From positions 26,604 to 90,603 of the forward strand of contig DOMK01000001.1 of assembly GCA_003510435.1 (NCBI GenBank): a stretch of 64,000 nt of DNA. The letters are read 5' to 3'. The translations under genes were made by a program, and so were the position numbers. The notes beneath the pieces were generated by a model. The model searched no databases. It had not been told where the DNA came from and was given only the letters and a program-made list of their open reading frames with translations. Source of the DNA: Candidatus Magasanikiibacteriota bacterium. Lineage in GTDB: Bacteria; Patescibacteriota; Patescibacteriia; Magasanikbacterales; UBA922. Every line of letters starts with the position of its first letter. The stretch's first letter is position 1. Below, piece after piece: positions 9,859 to 19,870 of the stretch.

Positions 9859-10377
9859 TTATTTATTAAATAGAGAAATAAATTTACCTTCATACAACAA
9901 TTTAGCCACTTCATCTGGTTGGAAATTTTTTCCATTCATGCAAACGCTTATACTTGGTTCCATATCCTGGACTTTTGCAATAGAATAACCGAGATTAAAA
10001 GGTGCGTCAGATGGAGTAAAACCGACTAATGGTATCATGGATCCCGTAAAAATAATTGTTTGATCTTTTCTTTTTAGATGTTTGTTTAAGTATCTAGCAG
10101 TGTCGGGCATTGTATAAGTTCCATGAGTAATAATTATTTTTTTGTAAGGACTTTTTTCAATGGTGTTTAGTATTTTTTTGAGATCTGCTTTGGTAAGATG
10201 TCGACTATCTTTCATACAGATTTCTGTGTATTCTGTCTTTTCATAAAGTTTTAAACTTTTAATAAAATCTGGCACCACTGAAGACCTATTAGTTATAGCC
10301 GTATCCTTTGTACCATCATAATGTGAATCAATTGTCCCCCCCGTAAGTATTATGTGAATTGTATTTTTATTGGGCAT
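9859..10377 (-). CDS. Asparaginase N-terminal-domain protein
   Basis: TGGTID, THGTYTM, TGSMIP, SDAPFNL. Confidence 0.85.
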   Translation of the reverse strand: MPNKNTIHIILTGGTIDSHYDGTKDTAITNRSSVVPDFIKSLKLYEKTEYTEICMKDSRHLTKADLKKILNTIEKSPYKKIIITHGTYTMPDTARYLNKHLKRKDQTIIFTGSMIPLVGFTPSDAPFNLGYSIAKVQDMEPSISVCMNGKNFQPDEVAKLLYEGKFISLFNK

Positions 10378-10383
10378 ATATTT

Positions 10384-11613
10384 TTATTTTAAGATTTTTT
10401 TATTTAAAAACTTCTGTAAAACCTCTGGCACCAAAACACTACCATCAGCTTGTTGAAATTGTTCTAAAATAGCTGGAATAAGACGACTAGTAGCTAAACC
10501 AGAAGCATTTAAAGTATGAACAAATTTATTACCGTTTTCAGTTTTATAGCGAATATTGCCACGACGAGCTTGATAATCTAGTGCGTTGGAAGCACTACTA
10601 ACTTCTTTATAAATTTCCATGCTTGGAATCCAAACTTCTACATCCATAGTTTTGGCCATCGCAGACGAAGCATCACCAGCAGCCAAGAGTGAGGTTTGAT
10701 AGTGCAAACCCAAACCCTCAACTAATTTTTCGACTGCGCCGACCATTTCAGCAAACGCTTCCCAGGATTTATCTTCAGTTGTAAATTGGAACATTTCAAT
10801 TTTATTAAACTGATGTCCACGCACCATTCCCCTTTCTTCTTTTCTATAGCTACCGGCTTCTCTTCTAAAACAAGTGGAATAAGCATAATATTTTATGGGC
10901 AAATCTTCGCCAGATAAAATTTCATCGCGATGATAATTACCCAGCATCATTTCTGAAGTCGCGTTTAGACAATTGCCGTCTTGAGTCCAATACAAATCAT
11001 CTCTAAATTTTGGTAAGTGCCCAGAAACATAGGCAGAATCTTCGTTTAATAAATACGGTGGAATAATAAAAGTATAGCCATTATTACGGTGGAATTCTAT
11101 AAAATAATTTAATAAAGCCCATTCTAATAAAGCGCCATCACCTTTGTAAATCCAAAAACCAGCTCCAGACATTTTGGCGGCACGTTCATAATCAATTAAT
11201 CCCAAAGAAGTGACTAGTTCCACATGATCTTTTGGAACAAAATCAAATTTTGGTTTGGCTCCAAAAGTTTTTACTACTTTATTATTTTCTTTACCACCAG
11301 CTGGTACATCATCAGCCGGAATATTTGGTAAAGCTGATAATTTTTCTTTTAAATTATCTTCTACTATTTTTAATTCATCATCAAATTTTTTAATCTCATC
11401 GCCCAAAGCTTTCATTTTGGTAATTTCTTCTGGACTAGGTTTACCCTTACTGCCTTTGTTTCTTTCAGCTTTTAATTCATCAACTTTGGTAATTATATTT
11501 TTTCTTTCATCGTCTATTTTTATAATTGTTTCCAAATTAACACTTTCCATTCTTTTGAGAAGTGCTTGTCTAACTTCGTTTGTTTTTTCTCTGATTAAAT
11601 TTATGTCTAACAT
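10384..11613 (-). CDS. serS: Serine--tRNA ligase
   Basis: MLDINLIR, FRREAGS, RGHQFNKIEMF, HTLNASGLA. Confidence 0.97.
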   Translation of the reverse strand: MLDINLIREKTNEVRQALLKRMESVNLETIIKIDDERKNIITKVDELKAERNKGSKGKPSPEEITKMKALGDEIKKFDDELKIVEDNLKEKLSALPNIPADDVPAGGKENNKVVKTFGAKPKFDFVPKDHVELVTSLGLIDYERAAKMSGAGFWIYKGDGALLEWALLNYFIEFHRNNGYTFIIPPYLLNEDSAYVSGHLPKFRDDLYWTQDGNCLNATSEMMLGNYHRDEILSGEDLPIKYYAYSTCFRREAGSYRKEERGMVRGHQFNKIEMFQFTTEDKSWEAFAEMVGAVEKLVEGLGLHYQTSLLAAGDASSAMAKTMDVEVWIPSMEIYKEVSSASNALDYQARRGNIRYKTENGNKFVHTLNASGLATSRLIPAILEQFQQADGSVLVPEVLQKFLNKKILK

Positions 11614-11656
11614 ATTTTTAGGTTTTAGTGATTAGGTTTTAGGTTATAATTATTTT

Positions 11657-11974
11657 CTAGTAAAGTTCTATTAAAACAGTTGTTGTAATTCTTTCTATGT
11701 CTGCAATTAATTCATTACTAAATTTTTTGTTGTTAGATGTCTGATGTTCTGTTTCTTTTTGTGCCCTAGCAATTAGTTCGCTAATTTCATTATCAAATTT
11801 TCCTTTTAATAAATTTGCTGAAGCCGTACTTAAAACTAATAACTTGGCAGAAATAGAATCTACAGCTTTTGTTCCAGAAGAAATCAATTCTGTTTTTAGA
11901 TTTTTTATTACCATGTCTTTTATTTGTTCTGGGGTTGGGCGTTGTGCTTCCACCCCTCTTTGAATTCTATTCAT
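11657..11974 (-). CDS. Hypothetical protein
   Basis: 105-aa ORF overlapping the cytidine deaminase stop; no family recognised. Confidence 0.5.
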   Translation of the reverse strand: MNRIQRGVEAQRPTPEQIKDMVIKNLKTELISSGTKAVDSISAKLLVLSTASANLLKGKFDNEISELIARAQKETEHQTSNNKKFSNELIADIERITTTVLIELY

Positions 11975-12425
11975 AACTTTTTGCTTGATAAGATATTGGA
12001 AATAATTCTTGTGAATCGGTTTTGATTATTTTAGAAACATTTTCATTAGCTAATAATAAATTTATTTTTTTGTTTTTACCAGAATAATTTTCTGCCTCAC
12101 TTAAAATTTGTCTACACAATCCACAGGGCGAGATTACTTCATTTTCCATTTTACCATCATAAAAACCAACAATGGCAATTATTTTATAATTATAATTTTT
12201 GTCAAAAATAGCTTTGTCCAATGCCATGCGTTCAGCACAGGTGGAATTACTGACATTGGTACGGCGAATACTGGTGCCTTGATAAATTTTTCCATCTACA
12301 CATAGTAATGCTGCACCAACATGCCTCGTGCCTTTTTTATTCCAATATTGATTACCTGCTCCCCTAGCCTGTTCAAGCAAATTTTTTTCTTGTTCACTAA
12401 GTTTGTTGTATGAAATTTTTTTCAT
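11967..12425 (-). CDS. cdd: Cytidine deaminase
   Basis: VGAAL, CAERMAL, PCGLCRQ zinc motif. Confidence 0.85.
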   Translation of the reverse strand: MKKISYNKLSEQEKNLLEQARGAGNQYWNKKGTRHVGAALLCVDGKIYQGTSIRRTNVSNSTCAERMALDKAIFDKNYNYKIIAIVGFYDGKMENEVISPCGLCRQILSEAENYSGKNKKINLLLANENVSKIIKTDSQELFPISYQAKSYE

Positions 12426-12432
12426 ACTCAAA

Positions 12433-13458
12433 TTATAAATTATTTTCTTGAATAGTTTCTAATAATTCTGGCATCATTTGATCTAGCCATTCATTATCTC
12501 CGGGCAAAAAGTCATATTTGTTGTGAGTAGTAGGATCAATCCACTTGGCATCCAGGACTTCGTTATTATTAATATTTAGTTTGCCACCAATTATTTTACA
12601 TATTATTGGCACAAGATAGACTTGATAACTAAAATTTGGAAACTTATGATTTTTGACTGCAATTTTTTGTAATTGTTTAATAATTTTTACTTTGTAGCCG
12701 ACTTCTTCTTTGGCTTCTTTTATAACCGTGCTTTCTACTGATTCGCCAAAATCACAAATGCCTCCTGGTACTTCCCACTTTTTGTGCGATTCTTTACGAT
12801 GGGGATCATTGCGAAGAGTAATTAATAATTTTTTGTCTTGAATTATCAAAGCACATGGTACAACAATATGCTTCGCGCCAAATTGATTTTGTAAATAATA
12901 TTTAATTTTTTGTAAAGCTTTACCACGATGGGAACAAGAATTTTTTTCTTGCATATCCATTTGCGCATAGGTTTTCTTTTTGGCATTGACATAAAAAATT
13001 GGATCATAAGCAAAACCATCTTTACCTGTTTCTTTTTCAGTGATTTTTCCTTCGGTTAGTCCACTAGCCAGATACACATCTTGATTGCTAGGATTATAAA
13101 GTGAACAAACAATGGCAAAAGTAGCAGTGCGATTTTTCTTTCCTTTCATTTTTTCCAAAATAATATTTCTTCTTTCAACATCATTTTTTCCAATGCGAGC
13201 GGAATATACACCCGGATAATTTTTTAAGGACTTAACAAAAATTCCCGAATCTTCACTTAGAGTAATCAGACCTGTTTTTTCACCATAATAATTAGCTTTG
13301 AGCATAGCATTTTGTTCTAGAGTAGTGCCATTTTCTTCTGGTTCTAGAATATTTTTATCCAAGTCTTTTAAACTTAAAAATTCAAATGGTAAATCACCAA
13401 GGAATTTTTTGATTTCTTTAAATTTTCCTTTATTGGTTGTGGCGATGAGAACTTTCAT
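12433..13458 (-). CDS. rdgB: RdgB/HAM1 non-canonical purine NTP pyrophosphatase fused to a C-terminal NUDIX domain
   Basis: ATTNKGK, EDSG, PGVYSAR, FAYDPIF, SHRGKAL, then PGG...KEAKEEVG Nudix box. Confidence 0.85.
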   Translation of the reverse strand: MKVLIATTNKGKFKEIKKFLGDLPFEFLSLKDLDKNILEPEENGTTLEQNAMLKANYYGEKTGLITLSEDSGIFVKSLKNYPGVYSARIGKNDVERRNIILEKMKGKKNRTATFAIVCSLYNPSNQDVYLASGLTEGKITEKETGKDGFAYDPIFYVNAKKKTYAQMDMQEKNSCSHRGKALQKIKYYLQNQFGAKHIVVPCALIIQDKKLLITLRNDPHRKESHKKWEVPGGICDFGESVESTVIKEAKEEVGYKVKIIKQLQKIAVKNHKFPNFSYQVYLVPIICKIIGGKLNINNNEVLDAKWIDPTTHNKYDFLPGDNEWLDQMMPELLETIQENNL

Positions 13459-13545
13459 ACACGGAAATAAGGAATTAAAGGATTATACGGATTTTTTATT
13501 ATCATATTTTTTCCGTGTGATCCTTTATCTCCGTATCTCAGTGTT
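13459..13545. repeat. Gene-less, internally deleted copy of the GxxExxY cassette
   Basis: Both arms present, plus the first codons (ATGATAATAAAAAA) of the GxxExxY gene. Confidence 0.8.
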
Positions 13546-14002
13546 ATACCAACCGTTCAATATATTTTCTAATTTTATTAGTCTTCAATTCCCCTTCTCT
13601 GTATGGGGTTAATTTTACTATTCGTGTGTTTAATCCAAATTTTGTTATAGCATTTTCTAGTTCATCAACATAAATTTTTTGATCATAACCAAGGGCAATT
13701 ACATCAGGTTTTTGATCCTGAATAACTTTATAAACATCAGTTTCATCACCTAACACTACCTCATCAATCAAATCAATATGTGTTAAAAATTCTAGACGTT
13801 CTTGTTCACTATGTAGAGATCCATATTCTTTTATTCTTTCTACATTAATATCGCGCGCTACGACAGCAATTAATTTGTCACCATATTCTCTAGCTTCCTT
13901 AAACATATGGATGTGACCACCATGGATAATATCAAATGTGCCAAAGATCATAACACGGAGATGAGGAGAAGACGGATTATACGGAACATTATTTTTTTTC
14001 AT
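13544..14002 (-). CDS. Cytidylyltransferase-like FAD synthase (RibL-like); start uncertain (14002 or 13951)
   Basis: FGTFDIIHGGH HxGH motif, VVARD, PDVIALGYDQ. Confidence 0.8.
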   Translation of the reverse strand: MKKNNVPYNPSSPHLRVMIFGTFDIIHGGHIHMFKEAREYGDKLIAVVARDINVERIKEYGSLHSEQERLEFLTHIDLIDEVVLGDETDVYKVIQDQKPDVIALGYDQKIYVDELENAITKFGLNTRIVKLTPYREGELKTNKIRKYIERLV

Positions 14003-14434
14003 ATCGGTCATATTCTCTATAGTTTACAATTCTTTTTATTTCTAATTTTGGATTACCAAAGTTTATTAATAAACCAACTTCCAGCTTACTTGCCTTGAGA
14101 TATGAAACTGTTTGAGTCTGAAAGATTTTTGGTAATTCACCACTAACAGCTTTTAATTCTATTATTATTTTATTATTTACTAACAAGTCTACTCTAAAAG
14201 TTCCTATTAATTTATTTTTGTAATACACGTCATATTCAAATTCAGATTCTATATCAAATTTATTTTCTATTAAATCATTTATCATGGCTTGATGATAAAT
14301 ATACTCTTTAAAACCAGGCCCAAGTGTTTTGTGTATTTCTATCGCTATACCTATAATTTTTTGTGTTAGTTCCCACTCCTTTTTTATTATCATATTTTTT
14401 CCGTGTAATTCTTTATTTCCGTGTCTCAGTGTTT
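13952..14434 (-). mobile_element. GxxExxY gene cassette with inverted arms of about 9-nt period
   Basis: Upstream arm aacactgagacacggaaataaagaattacacggaa; downstream arm ttccgtataatccgtcttctcctcatctccgtgtt (minus strand). Confidence 0.65.
13989..14393 (-). CDS. GxxExxY protein (PD-(D/E)XK nuclease-like)
   Basis: LGPGFKEYIY, RVDLLV, IIELKA, YLKAS..GLLINFG. Confidence 0.92.
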   Translation of the reverse strand: MIIKKEWELTQKIIGIAIEIHKTLGPGFKEYIYHQAMINDLIENKFDIESEFEYDVYYKNKLIGTFRVDLLVNNKIIIELKAVSGELPKIFQTQTVSYLKASKLEVGLLINFGNPKLEIKRIVNYREYDRYEKK

Positions 14435-16538
14435 ATACCAAACCAATTTGTGGAGCAATTTTTTTTAATGCCTCAATAGCTAGTTGTAAAAATTCGTCCA
14501 AGCTCAAGCCAAGTTTTTCACATTCCATTATTATATCCCGATTACAGCCAGCGGCAAACTTTTTATCTTTAAATTTTTTCTTTAATGAGCTTAGTTCTAG
14601 ACTAGCAATTTTGTCTGGACGCATGCGAGCAGCTGCATAGACTAAACCGGTGGTGGTCTCAGCACAGGCCAAAGCATGTTCAATCATTTTAGTTCTAGTT
14701 TTATCTTGCAAATTTGCACAATTAAAACCATAGCCGTGAGAAACAACGACATTTATAAAATCATCAGCAAATCCAGCTTCCTTTAAAAGTTCTGGGGCTT
14801 TTGTCAAATGCTGAGTGGTATCGTTTTCTGTCAATTCCCAATCAATATCATGTAAAAGACCAAGCATTCCCCATGTTTCAACATCCTGACCTAGTTTTTC
14901 AGCAAGCTTTTTCATGATTGCTTCTGATTCTTGGTAATGGTTTAGATTGGCTTCTTTATTATTATATTTTTGTACTAATTGCCAGGCTTCTCCCCGATTC
15001 ATTGGTAGGGGTGATAAGCCTCCATCATTTTTTTGATTAGTGATATTAATCATTGGTTGATTGTTCTGTTCAACTGGTTTCATTAGCGGAAATAGCGTCA
15101 CTTCTCGTAAAGTGTGGGAACCAGTAATGAGCGCAGCAAAACGATCAATCCCAATGCCAGTGCCTGTGGCTGGAGGCATGCCATGTTCTAGAGCCTCGAC
15201 ATAGTCCCAATCGTTATTCATGGCCTCTTCATCACCTTCATCTTTATTTTTTACTTGTTCTTCAAATCTGGCTCGTTGATCAACTGGGTCATTTAATTCA
15301 GTATATGAATTGCTCAATTCAAAACCGTTAACAATTAGTTGAAACATCTCAGTATAGCGTGGATCTTCGGCTTTTTTTGCTAATGGTTTTAATTCAATTG
15401 GATAATTTAAAACAAAAGTTGGTTGAATTAATTTTGGTCGGGTTGATTGTTTATATAATTCGTCAATCAATTTACCACGTTCAGTAATATCTTCTGGATC
15501 ATAGCCCTTAGTTTTCATTTCTTTGGCTAGTGTTTCTACGTCAGTAAAATTATTAATATCAATACCAGAATGTTCCAAAACTGCATCATGAAAAGAAATT
15601 CGTTTGTATGGTCCGGCAAAATTAATTTTTTGATTATCAACTTCAACTTCCAATTTACCCACTGATTTTTCTACCACAAATGGAATTAATTCTTCATGCA
15701 TTTTCATATTATCTTCATAATCAGCATAAGCCCAATAATATTCTATCATGGTAAATTCTGGATTATGTTGGTGATCAACGCCTTCATTTCTAAAAGCCCG
15801 ACCCATTTCAAAGGTGCGTTCAAATCCTCCAACTAATAATCTTTTTTGCCATAGCTCGCCCATGCAAATACGCAAATGAACGGGTAAATTATAAGCATTG
15901 AGATGGGTGTCAAAAGTTTTGGCCATAGCGCCAGAAGCAATTGTTTCTAAGACTGGAGTTTCTACCTCAACAAAATCTTTGCTAAACATAAACTCGCGCA
16001 TATAACGCAAAATTCGTCCGCGAGCAAGAATTTTCTCTTTTTCTTCTGGATTAACAAGAAAATCAATATATCTTTTGCGATAGCGAGCTTCTTCATCTTG
16101 TAGACCATGAAATTTGTCTGGTAAAGGTAAGAGTGATTTGGCGAGCAATGTCCATTTTTTAACCAAAACAGATGGTTCACCTTTGTGAGTGGTAAATTTT
16201 TCGCCCTCTACAGAAATAATATCGCCAATATCAATTTTTTTGATAAATAATTTGTAATCAGTTTCATCAATTTCTCCTTGTTTAAAAGCGACTTGCATTT
16301 GGCCAGAATTGTCTTGCAAATGACAAAAAGTCAGTTTGCCCATGTCTCGTTTTGTCATGATTCTGCCAGCTGAAGCAATAGATTCACTTTCATTTTTTGT
16401 CAGAGCTTGTTTTAGGGTGTGCTCGCGTTTTACTCTGGCTGGATATGGGTTTATACCAACTTCTCTTAGTTCTTCTAGTTTTTTTAGACGAATGGCACGT
16501 TCGTCATTTATGTTTAATTCTGGAGAAATACTATCCAT
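14433..16538 (-). CDS. lysS: Class II lysine--tRNA ligase fused to a C-terminal HD-domain hydrolase
   Basis: FRNEG, HNPEFTM, GMPPATGTGIGIDR, then about 190 aa with GLLHDIDWE. Confidence 0.93.
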   Translation of the reverse strand: MDSISPELNINDERAIRLKKLEELREVGINPYPARVKREHTLKQALTKNESESIASAGRIMTKRDMGKLTFCHLQDNSGQMQVAFKQGEIDETDYKLFIKKIDIGDIISVEGEKFTTHKGEPSVLVKKWTLLAKSLLPLPDKFHGLQDEEARYRKRYIDFLVNPEEKEKILARGRILRYMREFMFSKDFVEVETPVLETIASGAMAKTFDTHLNAYNLPVHLRICMGELWQKRLLVGGFERTFEMGRAFRNEGVDHQHNPEFTMIEYYWAYADYEDNMKMHEELIPFVVEKSVGKLEVEVDNQKINFAGPYKRISFHDAVLEHSGIDINNFTDVETLAKEMKTKGYDPEDITERGKLIDELYKQSTRPKLIQPTFVLNYPIELKPLAKKAEDPRYTEMFQLIVNGFELSNSYTELNDPVDQRARFEEQVKNKDEGDEEAMNNDWDYVEALEHGMPPATGTGIGIDRFAALITGSHTLREVTLFPLMKPVEQNNQPMINITNQKNDGGLSPLPMNRGEAWQLVQKYNNKEANLNHYQESEAIMKKLAEKLGQDVETWGMLGLLHDIDWELTENDTTQHLTKAPELLKEAGFADDFINVVVSHGYGFNCANLQDKTRTKMIEHALACAETTTGLVYAAARMRPDKIASLELSSLKKKFKDKKFAAGCNRDIIMECEKLGLSLDEFLQLAIEALKKIAPQIGLV

Positions 16539-16610
16539 ATATATAAAAAATTGGCTAATAAAATTAGACTTAATTATGTAATTATTTTATCATAAAATAT
16601 ATTTAAATAC

Positions 16611-16637
16611 AAATACCCCCAGATCTGGGGGTATTTT
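16611..16637 (-). terminator. Hairpin terminator after greA
   Basis: aaataccccca-gatc-tgggggtatttt. Confidence 0.7.
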
Positions 16638-16651
16638 GCTATTTTTAGCAA

Positions 16652-17122
16652 TTATTTTACATGTAAAATCTTGAATTCTTGTACCCCTGACGGCAATTGG
16701 ACTTCAACCTTGTCACCCTTCTTCTTACTCATAAAAGCGGCTCCTAATGGAGATTCATTGGAAATTTTACCGGTTGATGGGTCAGCTTCTTGGGCACCAA
16801 CAATTATATATTCTTTTTCTCCTCGATCGCCCTTTACTAATACAGTAGAACCAATGTTTACTATACCGTCAGTTTGGTTGTCTTCATCTACAATTTTAAA
16901 ATTGTCCAAAATGTATTGGATTTGTTTTACTCGACTTTGTGCCCAAGCCATATCTTCACGAGCTTGGTGATATTCAGCGTTTTCTGACAAATCACCCATT
17001 TGTCTGGCATCATCAATTCTTTTGGCTAAACCAGGGATTTTTTCTTCTCTTAGTTCTTTTAGCTCGATTTCTAATGATTTTAATTTATCCTGGCTCATGT
17101 ATTGCGTAATTTCATCTGTCAT
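16652..17122 (-). CDS. greA: Transcription elongation factor GreA
   Basis: GDLSENAEY, ISNESPLG. Confidence 0.97.
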   Translation of the reverse strand: MTDEITQYMSQDKLKSLEIELKELREEKIPGLAKRIDDARQMGDLSENAEYHQAREDMAWAQSRVKQIQYILDNFKIVDEDNQTDGIVNIGSTVLVKGDRGEKEYIIVGAQEADPSTGKISNESPLGAAFMSKKKGDKVEVQLPSGVQEFKILHVK

Positions 17123-17190
17123 AATTAGTTGTTTACTATATAAAATCTTTAAAGTAATAAAAACCGCTTTTTTGCGGACTGTACAATAGT

Positions 17191-17218
17191 ATTATAACAG
17201 AGTTCAAACATGAGTCAA
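17191..17218 (-). promoter_or_regulatory. sigma70 promoter of greA
   Basis: TTGACT-16-TATAAT with TG extension; TTATCCACA at 17223-17231. Confidence 0.6.
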
Positions 17219-17240
17219 GTTATTATCCACACTTGTCATA

Positions 17241-17335
17241 AAAATACAATATACACGTAACAAAATACAAGTGAGTCCTGCAAATATGGTTTAATTTAAA
17301 AAATTGTATCTTGTTACGTGTATATTGTGTATTGT
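17241..17335. repeat. Heptamer-period palindromic element
   Basis: aaaatac-aatatac-acgtaac-aaaatac and its inverted copy; abuts the mrdA stop. Confidence 0.75.
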
Positions 17336-19330
17336 CTATTGTTTCGTGTATTTCCACCACCAACGATAAAATTCATGAGCGATTGGAACGGAAATTGAAC
17401 TTCCTTCCCCACCCTCTTCCACCATGATAGTTATAACAATTTCTGGATTATCAAATGGGGCAAAGGAAGTAAACCAAGCGTGATTTTCTTTATTAGAACT
17501 CCATTGGGCTGTACCAGTTTTTCCCGCAGTAGTAAAAGGTAAAAGAGCTAAACGTCGACATGAACCATAGATAACACAGTCACGCATACCAAGTCTAACT
17601 ATACTAATATTTTTTTCATCTATAAAATTTTTATTGATTATTTCTGGAGAAATAGTTTGTTCTTCTTTTGTGATCGGATCAACAATAGATTTTACTATCT
17701 GGGGTTTGTAAATCGTACCGCCATTAGCAATGGTAGCAGTCATTTCGGCAATTTGTAGTGGTGTCACAAGTGTGTCTCCTTGACCAATTGATAAGTTGTA
17801 AGTATCTCCAACATACCATCTTTCTTTTTTGGTGGTTTCTTTCCATTCTTTTGAGGGTAAAAATCCAGCCTGTTCTCCTGGTAAATCTATACCCAATTTG
17901 GTAGCAAAATTAAATTTACGCAAATAATCAGTAATTTTACTAACACCTAGACCAACAAAGTCATTATAACCTCCAGCAATATAATAATAAAAAGTATTGA
18001 CTGACCAAGCTAGAGATTTTCTCACATCAGTTACGCCATGACCGCCAGCTTGCCAATCAGGAAAAAACCAAGTACCAATCTGTAGACCGCCAGTACTCAA
18101 AAAGCTTGTACTTTGATTAATAATCTTTTCTTGCAAGGCGGCCGCAGCAATTGCCGGTTTAATTGTTGAACCAGAGGGGTAGGTGCCACCAATTGCCCGA
18201 TTAAATAATGGGTTATTAATATCTTCGGTGTATTTTTTATAATTAGTATTGGTAATTCCGCCAGAAAAATCATTATTATCAAATGAGGGCAAACTGACCA
18301 ATGCTAATATTTCCCCAGTGTTAGGATTCATTACAATACCGCTAGCTCTTTGTTTTTTGGCAACATCTAGGTTTTGTTGAATAATTTTTTCTAAATTATT
18401 TTGAATATTGGCATCAATCGCTAATTTGATATGAAATCCTGGTTTGGGTGGTTCTTCGGCAATAATGGACTGTTCTTTACCAGTAGCATTTACTTCTATA
18501 CGCTTTTTTCCATAAGTACCCCGCATAAAATTTTCATAACTTTTTTCTATACCAGTTTTTCCTATACTATCTGATGGCAAATAACCAGATTTATATAATT
18601 CGTCTAATTCTGGTTTATTTAATTTTCCAATATAACCTAAAACATGGGCAAATGAATTGGCAGTGGTGGTAACACTGTTATCTTTTTCTACCAGAGGTAA
18701 ATAAAGTCTTTTGCTACTACGTTGGATTTGAATTCCTGGTAGTTCATTAGACTCAATTAAAATTGATAAAGCTTTTTCGTAATCTATATCTTCTTTTATA
18801 ATAATAGATTCATAGCTGTAAGAACCATATTCATCCAAAATTTTATTAATTTCATTTTTATCAACATCTAGTAGTTTGGATAATTTATCTATCAAATCAT
18901 TTTTTTGGGTTTTTTCTTTAGGTAGGTCTTGCGGTACTAAGGCTAAAGAAAAATTTGGAATATTTTTTGTTAATTGAATATTATTTCGATCATAAATTAA
19001 ACCTCGTTCAGCCACAATGGGAATTATTCTTTCACGATTGTTTTCGGCCGATAGTTTGTAGGTATCAGCCTTAATAATTTGTAGGTAAATTAGACGAGTT
19101 GTGATTAGAGAAAAAGATAATATTAAAAATATGAAAAAATAAAAGTTTTTTTTCGAGGTAAAACTGGTATTAGTGTACCGACCAATTTGTGGGGTTGAAA
19201 CTTGTTTGTCTGTTTTATTTTCAAAATATAAAGATTCTTCTGTCCAAGATTTTCGATACCTACCATCAAGTGAACCACTGTCTATTTCAGGAGAATTAAT
19301 TTCAAAAAAGTTTTTATTGTCATTAATCAT
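17336..19330 (-). CDS. mrdA: Penicillin-binding protein 2; start moved to ATG 19330 (overlaps mreD stop)
   Basis: RGLIYDR, GSTIK (SxxK), SVN (SxN), KTGTAQ; follows mreBCD. Confidence 0.92.
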   Translation of the reverse strand: MINDNKNFFEINSPEIDSGSLDGRYRKSWTEESLYFENKTDKQVSTPQIGRYTNTSFTSKKNFYFFIFLILSFSLITTRLIYLQIIKADTYKLSAENNRERIIPIVAERGLIYDRNNIQLTKNIPNFSLALVPQDLPKEKTQKNDLIDKLSKLLDVDKNEINKILDEYGSYSYESIIIKEDIDYEKALSILIESNELPGIQIQRSSKRLYLPLVEKDNSVTTTANSFAHVLGYIGKLNKPELDELYKSGYLPSDSIGKTGIEKSYENFMRGTYGKKRIEVNATGKEQSIIAEEPPKPGFHIKLAIDANIQNNLEKIIQQNLDVAKKQRASGIVMNPNTGEILALVSLPSFDNNDFSGGITNTNYKKYTEDINNPLFNRAIGGTYPSGSTIKPAIAAAALQEKIINQSTSFLSTGGLQIGTWFFPDWQAGGHGVTDVRKSLAWSVNTFYYYIAGGYNDFVGLGVSKITDYLRKFNFATKLGIDLPGEQAGFLPSKEWKETTKKERWYVGDTYNLSIGQGDTLVTPLQIAEMTATIANGGTIYKPQIVKSIVDPITKEEQTISPEIINKNFIDEKNISIVRLGMRDCVIYGSCRRLALLPFTTAGKTGTAQWSSNKENHAWFTSFAPFDNPEIVITIMVEEGGEGSSISVPIAHEFYRWWWKYTKQ

Positions 19331-19869
19331 ATTTTGAATAAACCAGATTCTATAATGGTGGTATTGAAACGACGAGATAATTTGGAAATGATAAAGTATA
19401 TAATGGCTAAGACTGATAGAGTAAATATAAATTCCCAAAAAAATGTAATAAAAATAGACTGCCAAGGTATATTAATAATTAAAGAGAAAGATTTGGCTAA
19501 AATTAATAATAACATGTAGAATAGACGATAAAAAAATAAGGCAAAAAATCCAATGGCAACAGTTGAAAGTAGAGAACGGTTGGTAAAAATTTCTTGGTAT
19601 AACCAATAGGTAAACAAAACACTGATGGTACTAGAAAAAAGGATAATACCAAATGGTGTAGTAGAAAAAAGTTCTAAAAGTAGATGTGAAAAAAAAGTAA
19701 ACCAAATAATTGTTCCTGAATTTTTCCAAAGAATAAAAATTATAATCACAATAAATAAGATATTTATTTTGTTAAAAGGATAAGGTAACAAATAAGATAA
19801 TCCAATATTAAAAATTGTTAATACCATTATAATAAGGCCGATACCAAAAAACTTTAAAAATTTTGCCAT
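19327..19869 (-). CDS. mreD: Rod shape-determining membrane protein MreD
   Basis: Hydrophobic; lies between mreC and mrdA. Confidence 0.7.
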   Translation of the reverse strand: MAKFLKFFGIGLIIMVLTIFNIGLSYLLPYPFNKINILFIVIIIFILWKNSGTIIWFTFFSHLLLELFSTTPFGIILFSSTISVLFTYWLYQEIFTNRSLLSTVAIGFFALFFYRLFYMLLLILAKSFSLIINIPWQSIFITFFWEFIFTLSVLAIIYFIISKLSRRFNTTIIESGLFKI

Positions 19870-19870
19870 A

